64,000 nt of DNA from Planctomycetota bacterium (GCA_014240375.1 JAAZXB010000012.1:15829-79828); one strand, 5' to 3'; counted from the stretch's first letter, positions 45,910 through 55,777 are shown. Made by a program: numbers and translations. Notes: a model not told the origin generated them from the letters alone.

Positions 45910-47058
45910 ATGGTGCGGAGAAGGAGGCGCGAGTTGTTACCATCAGGTCCATCGATCGGTCACGGGTGGAGGAGATGTGCAGTTCAGCAATGGCTGATCT
46001 GGCCCATCTTCTCGTTGCTGATCGGCTGCACCCCGTCCATCCCGCTCGATCCAGCAGCGACCTTTTCGTCGAGGATCCTTGATGCGGGACTCGCCAGCAC
46101 CGATCCCTGGGCTGGGGCTCACCTGATGCTGGCATTCCCCGAAGCGAACCGTCTCGCAGCAGTTCGGGCGAGGTGGATCGGACAGATCGAGGATGAAGAG
46201 GTGCAGATCCCCTTACATGGTGCCGATGGTCACCGTGGGGAGCAGCACCCTCACCTGCTCCTTCGCACCGCCGCCTGGGTGCTTCCATCGACTCACACTC
46301 CACATCTGAAGCAGCGAATTGAGCGTGCGCTGGCCGCCACCCCCATGCCCACCCACTGGAAGCAGATCAACGATCTCGCCTGGTTGGTCGAGGCGGCGGC
46401 GGTGTTGAAACTGCCCGCCACGACCGCCACCGCCGATGCCGATCTTGCGACACTGGCCCGAACGCTGCTCGATGCGGTCGAACAATCGGACCGGGTCGTG
46501 CACCGCTGCCTGGAGGAGGGGGGGCGTCCCGATGGATCCCTGGGTCCGGAACAGTCGGGCACCTGGGCCTACACCTGTGGCGGATTGCATCTCTTTTCTG
46601 CGCTGGTCGAGTCGGTCGGAGCGGGCTACCTGAGCGCTGCAGATCGACTGCGTTTGATCGATGGATTGTTACTGACGACCCGGCGCATCTCCTGGGAACT
46701 GCAGTTTCGACTCGATGAGGAGCAGCGAGCGCTGGCGGCAGGAGTCTCTCCTCGCCGGGCGGCGCGCCATGCGCTGTTGGCGCGCATGAAATTGGCGGGG
46801 CATGGGCTCGACCTGTTCGGTCGCTGTCGTGCCCTCGACCTGCTCACCGCCCAGCAAGTTGAACTCGCTGTCGAGCAAAGCCTGGAGGCGGCGAGCCAGA
46901 TCCAGACCCGCCTCCTCGAGGTGGTGGATCCGCAGGGAAAACTGCTTTCGGCGCAAACCGAGACGCAGGACCGAGAGACCTGGGAACGAACTTTCGGGGA
47001 TGGCTGTCATCTGTTACGAGGTCTGAGGATCTGGCAGGCCAACTCGGCTCGCCCTTGA
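45910..47058 (+). CDS. Hypothetical lipoprotein-like protein
   Basis: The tracked ORF begins with a TTG inside the palindrome. The first ATG gives MVRRRRRELLPSG...WLIWPIFSLLIGC, a hydrophobic stretch plus LIGC lipobox. No family recognised. The start is uncertain. Confidence 0.45.
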   Translation: MVRRRRRELLPSGPSIGHGWRRCAVQQWLIWPIFSLLIGCTPSIPLDPAATFSSRILDAGLASTDPWAGAHLMLAFPEANRLAAVRARWIGQIEDEEVQIPLHGADGHRGEQHPHLLLRTAAWVLPSTHTPHLKQRIERALAATPMPTHWKQINDLAWLVEAAAVLKLPATTATADADLATLARTLLDAVEQSDRVVHRCLEEGGRPDGSLGPEQSGTWAYTCGGLHLFSALVESVGAGYLSAADRLRLIDGLLLTTRRISWELQFRLDEEQRALAAGVSPRRAARHALLARMKLAGHGLDLFGRCRALDLLTAQQVELAVEQSLEAASQIQTRLLEVVDPQGKLLSAQTETQDRETWERTFGDGCHLLRGLRIWQANSARP

Positions 47059-47166
47059 CCGGGAGCAGGGTCACGATGAGGGTTGAGTCCCTTGCTAGCG
47101 ACCCTCTTCGCGACCAGTATCAGCGCAGTTCCCCGACCTGGTGAGGACCAACCGGAGAGGATGACG

Positions 47167-48345
47167 ATGGGTATCGGATCGAACAGGATCTCCAGTATAG
47201 GCACCTATGCGATGGCCGCTGTTCGCCAACGCACCGAGGAACTACGGGCCAAGGGGCTCCATCCGGTCGACTTTGGCATGGGCGACCCTTCGGCAGCCAC
47301 TCCCGAGTTCATTCGCCGCGCCTGTGCCGAGGGGATCGAGCGACATGCAGCCAGCGGCTATCCACCCTTTGCCGGGAGTCAGCCTTTTCGCCAGGCGGTG
47401 ACCGATTGGTTTGAAGGTCGTTTTGGTGTCTCGATCGATGCCGAAACTGAAATCGTGTCGTCGGTCGGTTCCAAGGAATCGATTTTTCACCTGCCGGAAG
47501 CATTGCTCAATCCAGGTGACGTGGCGATTTGTCCCGATCCTGGTTATCCGCCCTATGGCGGTGGAACCTTGTTTGCCGAAGGGGTGCCTTATTTCACGCC
47601 GATCCAAAAAGCGACTGATTTCTTGCCCGATCTCGATTCGATTCCAGATGAAATCGCAGAGCGAGCCAAGATCTTCTGGTTGACGACACCTTCGAGCCCC
47701 TCGGGTCGGGTCGCTTCGCCACAGTTTTTGAAACGGTGGGTGCAGTGGTGCCGTGATCGAAACATCATCGCCTGCAGCGATGAGGCCTATTCCGAGATCT
47801 ACTTCGACGAGCCGCCACATTCGGCGCTCGAAGAAGGGAAGGAGGGGGTGTTGGTCTTCAACTCTCTCTCGAAGCGATCGGCCATGACCGGATACCGGGT
47901 GGGGTGGGTTGCCGGTGATCCTGAAGTGATCGCTCTCTATCGCAAGCTGAAGGCCAATATCGACACGGGGACTCCCTGGTTCATCCAGGAAGCCGCCATA
48001 GCGGCCTATTCGGACGAGTCCCATGTGGCCGAGATGCGAGCGGGCTATCGAAAGCGACGCGATCTGTTTGTGGCGGCGTTTGAACAGGCCGGACTGCCGA
48101 GAAGTGAACCTGAGGCGAGCCTCTATGTGTGGCAAAGAGCGCCGGAAGGAATCACCAGTACACAGCTGTCGGAAGCCTTGCTCGATGAAAAAATCCTGGC
48201 CGTGACGATCCCTTCGGCGGCGTTGGTCGGGGATCCGGATCAACACGGTCCGGGGGAGCAATTTGTTCGTCTATCGATGGTCGCTAGCTGGGAAGAAAGT
48301 GAAAGAATCGCCTCTGCCATTTCGCAATATTTGAAACTGGGGTAA
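47167..48345 (+). CDS. PLP-dependent aminotransferase, class I/II (LL-DAP/aspartate aminotransferase-like)
   Basis: FNSLSKRSAMTGYRVGW is the class-I PLP-lysine motif. GGAGAGG lies 6 nt upstream of this ATG. The tracked ORF started further upstream. Confidence 0.8.
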   Translation: MGIGSNRISSIGTYAMAAVRQRTEELRAKGLHPVDFGMGDPSAATPEFIRRACAEGIERHAASGYPPFAGSQPFRQAVTDWFEGRFGVSIDAETEIVSSVGSKESIFHLPEALLNPGDVAICPDPGYPPYGGGTLFAEGVPYFTPIQKATDFLPDLDSIPDEIAERAKIFWLTTPSSPSGRVASPQFLKRWVQWCRDRNIIACSDEAYSEIYFDEPPHSALEEGKEGVLVFNSLSKRSAMTGYRVGWVAGDPEVIALYRKLKANIDTGTPWFIQEAAIAAYSDESHVAEMRAGYRKRRDLFVAAFEQAGLPRSEPEASLYVWQRAPEGITSTQLSEALLDEKILAVTIPSAALVGDPDQHGPGEQFVRLSMVASWEESERIASAISQYLKLG

Positions 48346-48353
48346 ATAGATTC

Positions 48354-48881
48354 GTGACGAAATCTCATTCAAACATGCTTCCGGTCCGAGTGATGGTTCA
48401 TGACTCGATGCAAGAGGGCTACATTTATCAGCGGACAGTCGCCGTGGGGAAGAAGTTCGATCCTGAATTTGAACCGGAACTGACACCTCGACAGATGCTG
48501 GAACTGGGGGTTTTCGGTGGCTGTTACATGACCGATTGTCGCGACGAGTTCCCGGACTCGTGGTTTCGAAAGGCCAAGTTGTCGCCCGGGATTCCCGATC
48601 CTCAACTCAATTTGTTCAAGATTCGTGCCTCGCAGCCTCTACGCGAATGGTATGTCCGTGGCTGGATAGATGAGAATGATCCGCGCGGTTGGTTCCAGTG
48701 GTATTGCAGGTACTACATGGGGCGTCGTGGCGAAGATGACGCCCGACAGATTCGTCGTTGGCGACAGATGCGTCGTCATCGTAGTCAGGTGGTCAAGAAC
48801 TGCGCGCCGGGTGACCTGGATTGTCGTCCCCGCCAACGACAGGCACTTCTTCACTGGGCCTATGATTCGCGCCAGTTCTGA
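48354..48881 (+). CDS. Hypothetical conserved-looking protein (Trp/Arg-rich, 175 aa)
   Basis: Long ORF with coding-like composition. GTG start; alternative ATG 48375. No family recognised. Confidence 0.45.
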   Translation: MTKSHSNMLPVRVMVHDSMQEGYIYQRTVAVGKKFDPEFEPELTPRQMLELGVFGGCYMTDCRDEFPDSWFRKAKLSPGIPDPQLNLFKIRASQPLREWYVRGWIDENDPRGWFQWYCRYYMGRRGEDDARQIRRWRQMRRHRSQVVKNCAPGDLDCRPRQRQALLHWAYDSRQF

Positions 48882-48899
48882 TGGAGTTGGAGCCGCAAC

Positions 48900-49538
48900 T
48901 CAGTGATCGGGTTGGTCCTTGAGGGTCAATTGGCGCAGCAATTCGCGGCTCGCTTCCAGTACTTCTGGGTGTGCTAGCGGTTCGAGCGAGTCGAGTAGTT
49001 CCTTCAGTTCGGACGCTTTTACGCCGGTTCGTAATGCGCCGCGAAGATGGGAGTGCAACGGGCTCATTCGCCCCTGGCCGATCAGCGAGGCGACCGCCAG
49101 CGATTCGATCTGGGCGGCTCCGAACCACGACGAGTCCATCACCGTCTGGTAGGCGAACTGTTCGATCCAGGATTCGAGATCGGGGTGTCGCTTTCGAAGT
49201 GAGTCGAGAACCCGTTCTCGTGCAGTTCCGTAGACGCTGTCGAACAGACCTGTAGCCCTTGCTGAAGAAGTGGGGCGTTGTGAAGATGCTGTGGGGTAGC
49301 GCTCTCGAAGCCAGCCGAGTGCTTCCACCGCAGCAGGAAAACCACTGTAGGGGATCGATTGAAGAATAGTTTCTTCCACTTCTTCGGCGGTGTGATGATG
49401 AAGAGAGCGTGAAAGGGCGGTTTGGACTGCCAGCCGCTCGGGGGCAGCGAGGGCAAAGGATAAGTGGCAGCAGCTGAGGTTCTTCATGCAGAAAGAATAA
49501 TCAGCGATGCTCGCCACATCCAGAGTTGTGGATCCCAC
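48900..49538 (-). CDS. Hypothetical protein (possibly carboxymuconolactone-decarboxylase/AhpD-like helical fold)
   Basis: ORF of 212 aa. ILQSIPYSGFPAAVEALGWL is reminiscent of CMD-family helices. The codon usage is somewhat atypical, so this is a weak call. Confidence 0.35.
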   Translation of the reverse strand: MGSTTLDVASIADYSFCMKNLSCCHLSFALAAPERLAVQTALSRSLHHHTAEEVEETILQSIPYSGFPAAVEALGWLRERYPTASSQRPTSSARATGLFDSVYGTARERVLDSLRKRHPDLESWIEQFAYQTVMDSSWFGAAQIESLAVASLIGQGRMSPLHSHLRGALRTGVKASELKELLDSLEPLAHPEVLEASRELLRQLTLKDQPDH

Positions 49539-49600
49539 TTGCTGAAGACACTGCAGCGGTTTAGTCTCATCGAACGGGCTGGGGAAAGAGGGGGGAGTGA

Positions 49601-50428
49601 ATGTCGAATCGACGTCGAGATGTTAGGATTGCATTCATCAACCAGAAGGGCGGTGTCGGCAAGACGACGCTGACCCTCAACTGTGCGGTGGGTTGGGCGA
49701 GACTCGGCTATCGCGTGTTGATGATCGACCTCGACCCCCAGGCGCACCTGACTCTCTCCCTTGGCGATTCTCTGGCCGAGGGCAGCCTCGAACGAATTGA
49801 ACACAACACCATCGAGTCGGCCTTGCGACGTGAGAAACCACTGGCGGAGTGTATCTTCGAGGTCGCTGGCGAGGGGGTGTCGCTGGTACCGTCCCATATC
49901 GACCTTTCCGGTGCCGAGGGGGAACTCTCGCAGGAACTGGGTCGCGAAATGTTGCTTCGCGATGCTCTCGACACCCTCGAAGATGACTTCGATCTGATAC
50001 TTCTCGATTGTCCTCCCTCCCTTGGTCTGCTGTCGCTCAACGCACTTGCCGCCGCAGACGAGGTGGTCGTTCCGGTGCAGGCGGAGTACCTGGCATTACA
50101 GGGTATGGCTCAGTTGATGAAGATCATCACGCTGGTCCAGGAGCGGCTCCATCCCGGCCTCAAGTGGAACGCGGTGGTGCCGACGATGGTCGATCCTCGC
50201 ACGCGACTTTCGCGCGAGGTGGTCGAGGAACTCCGACGCCATTTCCCCGATCAGTTGACCCGCACGCAGATCCCTTCGCGGGTCAAGGTGGCGGAGGCAC
50301 CATCTTTTGGAGTGTCGATCTTTGGTCATGACCCGCACGGTCCCGCTGCCGGTGAGATCGAGGACCTGTGTCTGGAGCTGGTCGAGCGGTTATCGCTCAC
50401 CCTGGCCGAGCGAGATATCGTCATCTGA
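49601..50428 (+). CDS. ParA/Soj/MinD-family P-loop ATPase (orphan ParA)
   Basis: Deviant Walker A (INQKGGVGKTT), Walker B (LILLDCPPS), and a Soj-like length. No ParB gene is adjacent. Confidence 0.85.
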   Translation: MSNRRRDVRIAFINQKGGVGKTTLTLNCAVGWARLGYRVLMIDLDPQAHLTLSLGDSLAEGSLERIEHNTIESALRREKPLAECIFEVAGEGVSLVPSHIDLSGAEGELSQELGREMLLRDALDTLEDDFDLILLDCPPSLGLLSLNALAAADEVVVPVQAEYLALQGMAQLMKIITLVQERLHPGLKWNAVVPTMVDPRTRLSREVVEELRRHFPDQLTRTQIPSRVKVAEAPSFGVSIFGHDPHGPAAGEIEDLCLELVERLSLTLAERDIVI

Positions 50429-50509
50429 CCCTTCAGTTCTCACTTCGGAAGACCGAAGAGTGGTGTAGAGACTCACACACCACCCGGAACAGATCAGTCA
50501 GGAGGCCAC

Positions 50510-50743
50510 GTGGCCAAGTCACTCAATCAAGAAGAACTCGAGTTTGTCCGCGCCATCGAGGAATACAAGAAGCAGAACGATAAGTTGTTCCTTTCCTGGA
50601 CAGAAGTGCTCGGAATTGCCAAGCGATTGGGGTACAGCCGCCCGGTCCAGTCACGAACCGGATCCGCCCGATGCGGCGCCGCGCCGACCAAGGCTACCCG
50701 CAAGGCGGCGGCCAACGGAGACGGCAGCAAGAAAGCGTCCTGA
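50510..50743 (+). CDS. Small protein (77 aa), helical N-terminus plus basic disordered tail; candidate ParA partner
   Basis: GTG start with AGGAGG 6 nt upstream, 81 nt after the parA stop. The sequence is MAKSLNQEELEFVRAIEEYKKQNDKLFLSWTEVLGIAKRLGY followed by a K/R/A-rich tail. Confidence 0.5.
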   Translation: MAKSLNQEELEFVRAIEEYKKQNDKLFLSWTEVLGIAKRLGYSRPVQSRTGSARCGAAPTKATRKAAANGDGSKKAS

Positions 50744-51045
50744 AGCGGGAACCCCACCATCCCCACCCTGCTTCTTCCCTGAACCTCTGGATCGCTTTGG
50801 CCCCACCGGGTGCCAGAAGCGCTCCAGAGGCTCTTTTTAGCCCCTCCACCGTCGATTTCGGTAAGTCGTTACCTTGGCAGGGGAAAGGGCAATTCTGCTC
50901 GTTGCGGGAGCGTCCACTGCGTGCTAGCCTCGATTGTCACAAACCCGTATGCCACAGGGGTCTACAGGATGAACCCCTGAATTCAAGGTGGCTCGATCTC
51001 GACGGTCGATGGGGCGGGTGTATTGTTGAAGAAGGAGCTCGCTCC

Positions 51046-51381
51046 ATGAATACCATCACCAAGCGTGATCTGGTCCAGCGGATCTCCGAAAATACCAAAG
51101 TCCAGCAGCAGAAGGCCAAGGAAGTGATCCAGGGTTTTCTCGATGAAATCATCAAGGAACTGGCTTGCGGGAATCGTCTCGAGTTCCGAGACTTTGGCGT
51201 CTTTGAACCGAAATCAAAAGCACCCCGCACCGCTCGGAATCCGCGCACTGGTGCCCGTATCCAGGTGCCCGAGAAGGTCACGGTCAAGTTCAAGGCGGGT
51301 CGCATGATGAAGGAAAAGATGCAACCGGCTACCGAGAGCGGGTCAGACCCTTCCAGTCCTCCTGCGCCACCGGCTGTTTAG
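51046..51381 (+). CDS. HU/IHF family DNA-binding protein with Pro/Ser-rich C-terminal extension
   Basis: GAAGGAG 8 nt upstream. MNTITKRDLVQRISE...GFGVFEPKSKAPRTARNPRTGARIQVPEKVTVKFKAG has the HU arm motifs. The tracked ORF was trimmed by 125 codons. Confidence 0.85.
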   Translation: MNTITKRDLVQRISENTKVQQQKAKEVIQGFLDEIIKELACGNRLEFRDFGVFEPKSKAPRTARNPRTGARIQVPEKVTVKFKAGRMMKEKMQPATESGSDPSSPPAPPAV

Positions 51382-51384
51382 AGG

Positions 51385-52569
51385 GTGACACCGGTCGAGG
51401 ATCGCCCGCTGATTCCCGAGGTAGCCCCTGCGGGAGCAAAGGGTGTGGTTCATCCCTGGCGCATCGCTCTTTCATCTCCGGATATCGATCACCACGACCG
51501 TGCTGCCGTCGATGCCGTTCTGCGGAGTGGCCGACTCGCGGGTGGTCCTGCCATCGGGCAACTGGAACAACTCGCCTCTGACACCTTCCGTCGACCCACC
51601 GTCTCCTGCAGTAGTGGCACCGCAGGTCTGATACTGGCCTTGCGTGCACTCGGTGTTTCGGGGGGGGAGGTGATCACGCCGGCTCTCGGATTCATCGCCA
51701 CGGCCCACGCCATTCGTGCCGTCGGTGCCACGCCGCGCTTCTGCGATGTCGATCGCGAGACGCTCTGCGTCGGCCTCGAGCAACTGGAGGCGGCCTGGAG
51801 TGATGATGTCAGTGCGGTGATTCCCGTCGATCTGCTCGGAGTCCCGGTGCCCATCGACGCCATCGTCGAGTGGGCGAAACAGCGCGCTGTTCCGGTCATC
51901 GAAGATGCCTGCGAGGCGCTCGGGTCTCGTCACGGTGACAGTCCTTGCGGCGCTGCCGCCGATGCCGCGGTGTTCGGTTTTTACCCCAACAAGATCATCA
52001 CGATGGGCGAGGGGGGGCTGGTCAGTTGTCGCGATCAGCCGCTCGCCGATCGGGTGCGGCAACTGGCCAACCAGGGCCGCACCGCCGCCGGCTTCTGCTT
52101 CGAGGGGGAGGGCTACAACTTCCGCCTGACCGAGATGCAGGCGGCGCTCGGTGCCAGCCAGTGGCTTCGTCTCGACGCTCTGATCGAGCGACGGCAGCAG
52201 CTGGCCCAGTTGTATCTGGAGCGGATCGAGGCGATCCCGGGAGTCATTCCTGCACCGGCACCGACCCGCATCGATGAGGGGGACCGCCGCAGTTGGTTCG
52301 CCTTTGTCGTGCTGCTCGAAGATTCTCGCTGGCGGACTCCGTTACGCGATGCGATGGCCCAGCACGGCATCGAGACCGGTCTCTACTTCCCCTCCATCGC
52401 CACCTTTACTCCCTACGACGAGGCTCCAGCGGCAGCGCTTCCCGTCACCGAACAGATCTCGCCGAGGATGCTCGCCTTGCCGCTGCATCCGCGATTGAAG
52501 CCGGCCCAGATCGACGAGGTGGTGGCGACGCTGGAGGAATCGCTGGGGCGCATCCGGCTCGAGGGGTGA
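51385..52569 (+). CDS. DegT/DnrJ/EryC1/StrS family PLP-dependent sugar aminotransferase
   Basis: DAVLRSGRLAGGP, the AVFGFYPNKIITMGEGG region, and the overall length. GTG start 3 nt after the HU stop. Confidence 0.75.
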   Translation: MTPVEDRPLIPEVAPAGAKGVVHPWRIALSSPDIDHHDRAAVDAVLRSGRLAGGPAIGQLEQLASDTFRRPTVSCSSGTAGLILALRALGVSGGEVITPALGFIATAHAIRAVGATPRFCDVDRETLCVGLEQLEAAWSDDVSAVIPVDLLGVPVPIDAIVEWAKQRAVPVIEDACEALGSRHGDSPCGAAADAAVFGFYPNKIITMGEGGLVSCRDQPLADRVRQLANQGRTAAGFCFEGEGYNFRLTEMQAALGASQWLRLDALIERRQQLAQLYLERIEAIPGVIPAPAPTRIDEGDRRSWFAFVVLLEDSRWRTPLRDAMAQHGIETGLYFPSIATFTPYDEAPAAALPVTEQISPRMLALPLHPRLKPAQIDEVVATLEESLGRIRLEG

Positions 52570-52705
52570 CATCTTCTGAATCCTCACCGAAGTGGCCAAC
52601 CTGCCCTTGTTCCGTCGTCGCCAAAACGCCATCCTGTGCTGCTGGCCTCATCGAGGGGGCCACACTGGAACGAGGCAACTGGAACTGGAACGATAAGGGA
52701 TCGGT

Positions 52706-52779
52706 GGGTCCTTAGCTCAGCTGGTTAGAGCGACGGACTCATAATCCGTTGGTCGCAGGTTCGAGTCCTGCAGGACCCA
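52706..52779 (+). tRNA. tRNA with CAU anticodon, most similar to lysidine-type tRNA-Ile2 (alternatively Met)
   Basis: The hand-folded cloverleaf has a perfect 7-bp acceptor stem (GGGTCCT/AGGACCC) and the anticodon loop CTCATAA. The sequence closely tracks E. coli ileX as I recall it (UUAGCUCAG..GGUUAGAGC..ACUCAUAAU..UUGGUCGC.GGUUC.AGUCC). CCA is not encoded. Confidence 0.75.
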
Positions 52780-52898
52780 CACCTTTATCCAACCCCATCT
52801 GGTGAGTGGTCGACATTTTACGTCGTTCGCAGAGCGATCCTGTAGGACCCACACCTTTTTCGCTTCTTGCTGCACCCTGCGAGAGAGGATTCCTCGGT

Positions 52899-54077
52899 AT
52901 GAATATTCTGGCCAGTAGGAGGAGCCGCAGTTTTCTGGCCATTGCTCTGTGGTCAGTGTTGCTGATTTTCTTGGGATTCTTTCTTCTCGATCGATACCGC
53001 ACTGAAAATCAACGTCTCACGGTAGAGATTCATCAGTTGCTCGGTGCCAGTAGTGTGGCGCAGCACATCGGAAACATCTCTGCTGGGAGAGATCCGAGAT
53101 ATTTCCCGCTGCTCCATCGGATGGCCCTGCTCGATTACCTCGCTTCAAATCCGTCAACGTTGACGCCAGAGCAGGAGGTCGAAGGGGTTCCTTTTCAGGT
53201 TTTTATCGATCGATACGAGGCGATCTGGGCGTTGACCCATCAGCCACAAGCCAGAAAAGCGCGCACCGTTCAGCAGTTTGGCTCCGGTGCGAATCAACTG
53301 TTCGCGCTGAATCCAGAATTCGAGAGCATGAACAGTTTGTCGATTCCTTTCTCGGGTAACGCTCTTTTGCTGGAAGAGCGAGTGGAGTGGGCGGCTCGAT
53401 CTCTTGAATGTATCGAAGGGTACACAGGAGGAAGCTTCCTGATCGATGAAACGACCCGTATCGGGCTGATTTCCGATTGGATCAACAAGTGCAGATTCTC
53501 GCTGCTCAAACTGAAAAGCGTGGATCACTTGCGGCGACTTCTGGTCGCTCTGGATGGTATCGAGCCGCCAGTCGTGGCGTTCCGGAGCGCGATGAAAATG
53601 GAATACGTCGCTACGATGGGAGTGCTTCAGACTTCTCGCAACGCAGCGCCGGGTGGGTCGATGCCATTATATCGTGAGCCCGAGCTTCACTATGTACTCT
53701 CTCATCTTAAAACCAGAATCCTCGATCTCGCCGAGCCAGTGGAGCCGTTGGATTCACCCTGGTATGGCACTCTCAACGAGGTCATTGATTCCAACACCCG
53801 CTACGGAATCTACACGTATTATGACGGCTGGTACGATGACGAGTTCATCAATCACACACTGGCATTGAGTCATGAACTGGCCGATGGAATCAAGTTCTTC
53901 CGAGAGGCGCTCAGATATCGTATCGCCCGTCTCGAACTGGGGGATCTGGCAATCCTTCGAGAGGACTTGACGGTGGACTCCCTGAACTCGGGGCAGATTC
54001 GCGTGACCTGGGTCGGTAAGCGGGTCACAACTCCGACACTGCCGGAGCTGTTCGACCCCTATCTTTTTCCAGAGTAG
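52899..54077 (+). CDS. Hypothetical membrane-anchored protein (lower GC than surroundings)
   Basis: Start MNILASRRSRSFLAIALWSVLLIFLGFFLL is an N-terminal TM anchor. The first about 400 nt are visibly AT-richer than flanking DNA. No family recognised. Confidence 0.55.
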   Translation: MNILASRRSRSFLAIALWSVLLIFLGFFLLDRYRTENQRLTVEIHQLLGASSVAQHIGNISAGRDPRYFPLLHRMALLDYLASNPSTLTPEQEVEGVPFQVFIDRYEAIWALTHQPQARKARTVQQFGSGANQLFALNPEFESMNSLSIPFSGNALLLEERVEWAARSLECIEGYTGGSFLIDETTRIGLISDWINKCRFSLLKLKSVDHLRRLLVALDGIEPPVVAFRSAMKMEYVATMGVLQTSRNAAPGGSMPLYREPELHYVLSHLKTRILDLAEPVEPLDSPWYGTLNEVIDSNTRYGIYTYYDGWYDDEFINHTLALSHELADGIKFFREALRYRIARLELGDLAILREDLTVDSLNSGQIRVTWVGKRVTTPTLPELFDPYLFPE

Positions 54078-54352
54078 GTCTTTCCTATCCCCTCTCAGTA
54101 CCACAGGAGTTTCCGGCTGACCTACGATGCATCCTCGAGAAAAGGTGTATGCAACTCGCCAGGCGAGGATCCGTCGCTACCCGCTCGGTTTGCAGCTCTC
54201 GTATTTCTCTTCAGGTATTCTTCTCCGCGTTCTGGCCAGCCCCGACCTGTACATGTGCCTGTTGGTAATTGTCATACGATGCACTTAGTCCTGGGTAGGG
54301 CATGGTGAAAGACTTGAGCGATGAATCGTGCGACAATGGCGGGGGAGGACTC

Positions 54353-55777
54353 ATGAACGTTCGATACACACTTCTCGCCCTGCTGACGGCGGCGCTATTG
54401 CCCGCAACTGGCCAATCTCAGCAGGCTGCCATCGAATTTGCCCCGCCCGTATCGGTCGTGATGGCGGACAAGGTCAATGCCGTCAAGATGGCGGACGTCG
54501 ATTCCGATGGCCACCTCGACATCATCGCCTTGCAGGGGGAGCCGGCACTCACTTCGGGGATGTTCGTCGCTCTCGGCGATGGCAGCGGCAATTTCGATGC
54601 CCCCGTCTTCAACGCGATCTCCATCAACTGGCCCTGGGCGATCGATTTCGGCGACATCAACGAGGATGGAGTCATCGATGCGGTCGTGACCGATTTCCTG
54701 AGCGGCCAATTTGCCTACATGGAAGGAAACGGCGACGGAACCTTCAGCGAACAGCCGAGGTTGGTGCCCGGCTGGGGAGGCGGAAATCCGCAGGTACAAC
54801 TCGCCGATATCGACGATGATGGGCACCTCGATGTGATCGCCGTCGAATTGTTCGGTTCGCGGTTACAGGTGGCATGGGGCACAGGAATCGATGATCCGCT
54901 GGCAGCGTTTGACGGTCTGTCGTCGATCCTGCTGACGGGATATCCACTCAGCTTTGATATCGCCGATCTCGATGGCGATGGCGACCTCGACCTGTGCTGC
55001 GGATTCAACGCCGGCAGCGGCGGTGGGGTGGCGACCAGCCTCTACCTGGGGGGCAGAACCTTCTCCGCCGAGGAACGCTCGATCGGCGGGCTGACCGATT
55101 CTCACTGGTCGACGATCGCCATCGATCTCGATGGCGGACTGCCAGAGATCGTGACCGTCGAGGAGGGGCTGGGGAACCTTGGAATCTTCACCGTGGCTGC
55201 AGGGATTCCCCAGGCCGGAATCCCGATCTTCACCGGATCGAATCAGCGCCATGTGGACGGTGGGGATCTCGACCTCGATGGCATCACCGACCTGGTGATC
55301 AGAAACTACTCTTCCGGAGATCTTGTCATCCTGCAGGGTATCGGCGCCTTGGAATTCCTGGATGTGTGGACCCTCGACGGATCGGTTTCCTTCTCGGGGC
55401 TGGAGCTGGTCGATGTGAACGGGGATGGAGGTCTCGATATCGTCGTCGGCAACTACGATCAATCGACCGTCTCCTACTACCTGAATCTGACGGTCAGCGG
55501 AGCCTTCAGGCGCGGCGAACTCAACGGCGATGGCAACACCAACATCGCCGATGCCGTGTTCCTGCTCGCCTACCTCTTCAACAATGGGTTCACGCCGGGT
55601 TGTCTGGATGCCGCCGACACCAACGATGATGGGGGGGTCAACATCTCCGATGCGGTGACGTTGCTGGCGGTTCTCTTCAGCGGGGCCCCGCCACTGCCGG
55701 AGCCGATCGGCTCGTGCGGTCCGGATCCGACCGATGATGCGCTCGAGTGCGAAGATTCAGGAGATTCCTGCCTGTGA
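54353..55777 (+). CDS. Secreted FG-GAP/VCBS-repeat (integrin-alpha-like beta-propeller) protein with C-terminal dockerin-like module
   Basis: GGGGGAGG 5 nt upstream. Signal peptide MNVRYTLLALLTAALLPATG. Repeated Dx(D/N)xDGxxDhhh motifs are present (DVDSDGHLDIIAL, DINEDGVIDAVVTDF, DIDDDGHLDVIAV, DLDGDGDLDLCCG, DVNGDGGLDIVVGN). The C-terminus has GELNGDGNTNIADAVFLLAYLF and DTNDDGGVNISDAVTLLAVLF, then a CGPDPTDDALECEDSGDSCL tail. Confidence 0.8.
   Translation: MNVRYTLLALLTAALLPATGQSQQAAIEFAPPVSVVMADKVNAVKMADVDSDGHLDIIALQGEPALTSGMFVALGDGSGNFDAPVFNAISINWPWAIDFGDINEDGVIDAVVTDFLSGQFAYMEGNGDGTFSEQPRLVPGWGGGNPQVQLADIDDDGHLDVIAVELFGSRLQVAWGTGIDDPLAAFDGLSSILLTGYPLSFDIADLDGDGDLDLCCGFNAGSGGGVATSLYLGGRTFSAEERSIGGLTDSHWSTIAIDLDGGLPEIVTVEEGLGNLGIFTVAAGIPQAGIPIFTGSNQRHVDGGDLDLDGITDLVIRNYSSGDLVILQGIGALEFLDVWTLDGSVSFSGLELVDVNGDGGLDIVVGNYDQSTVSYYLNLTVSGAFRRGELNGDGNTNIADAVFLLAYLFNNGFTPGCLDAADTNDDGGVNISDAVTLLAVLFSGAPPLPEPIGSCGPDPTDDALECEDSGDSCL

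Noticed and set aside
50671-51045. 5' 125 codons of tracked ORF 50671-51381
   Set aside because: The HU homology starts at the Met at 51046, which has a GAAGGAG Shine-Dalgarno. The upstream part is low-complexity.
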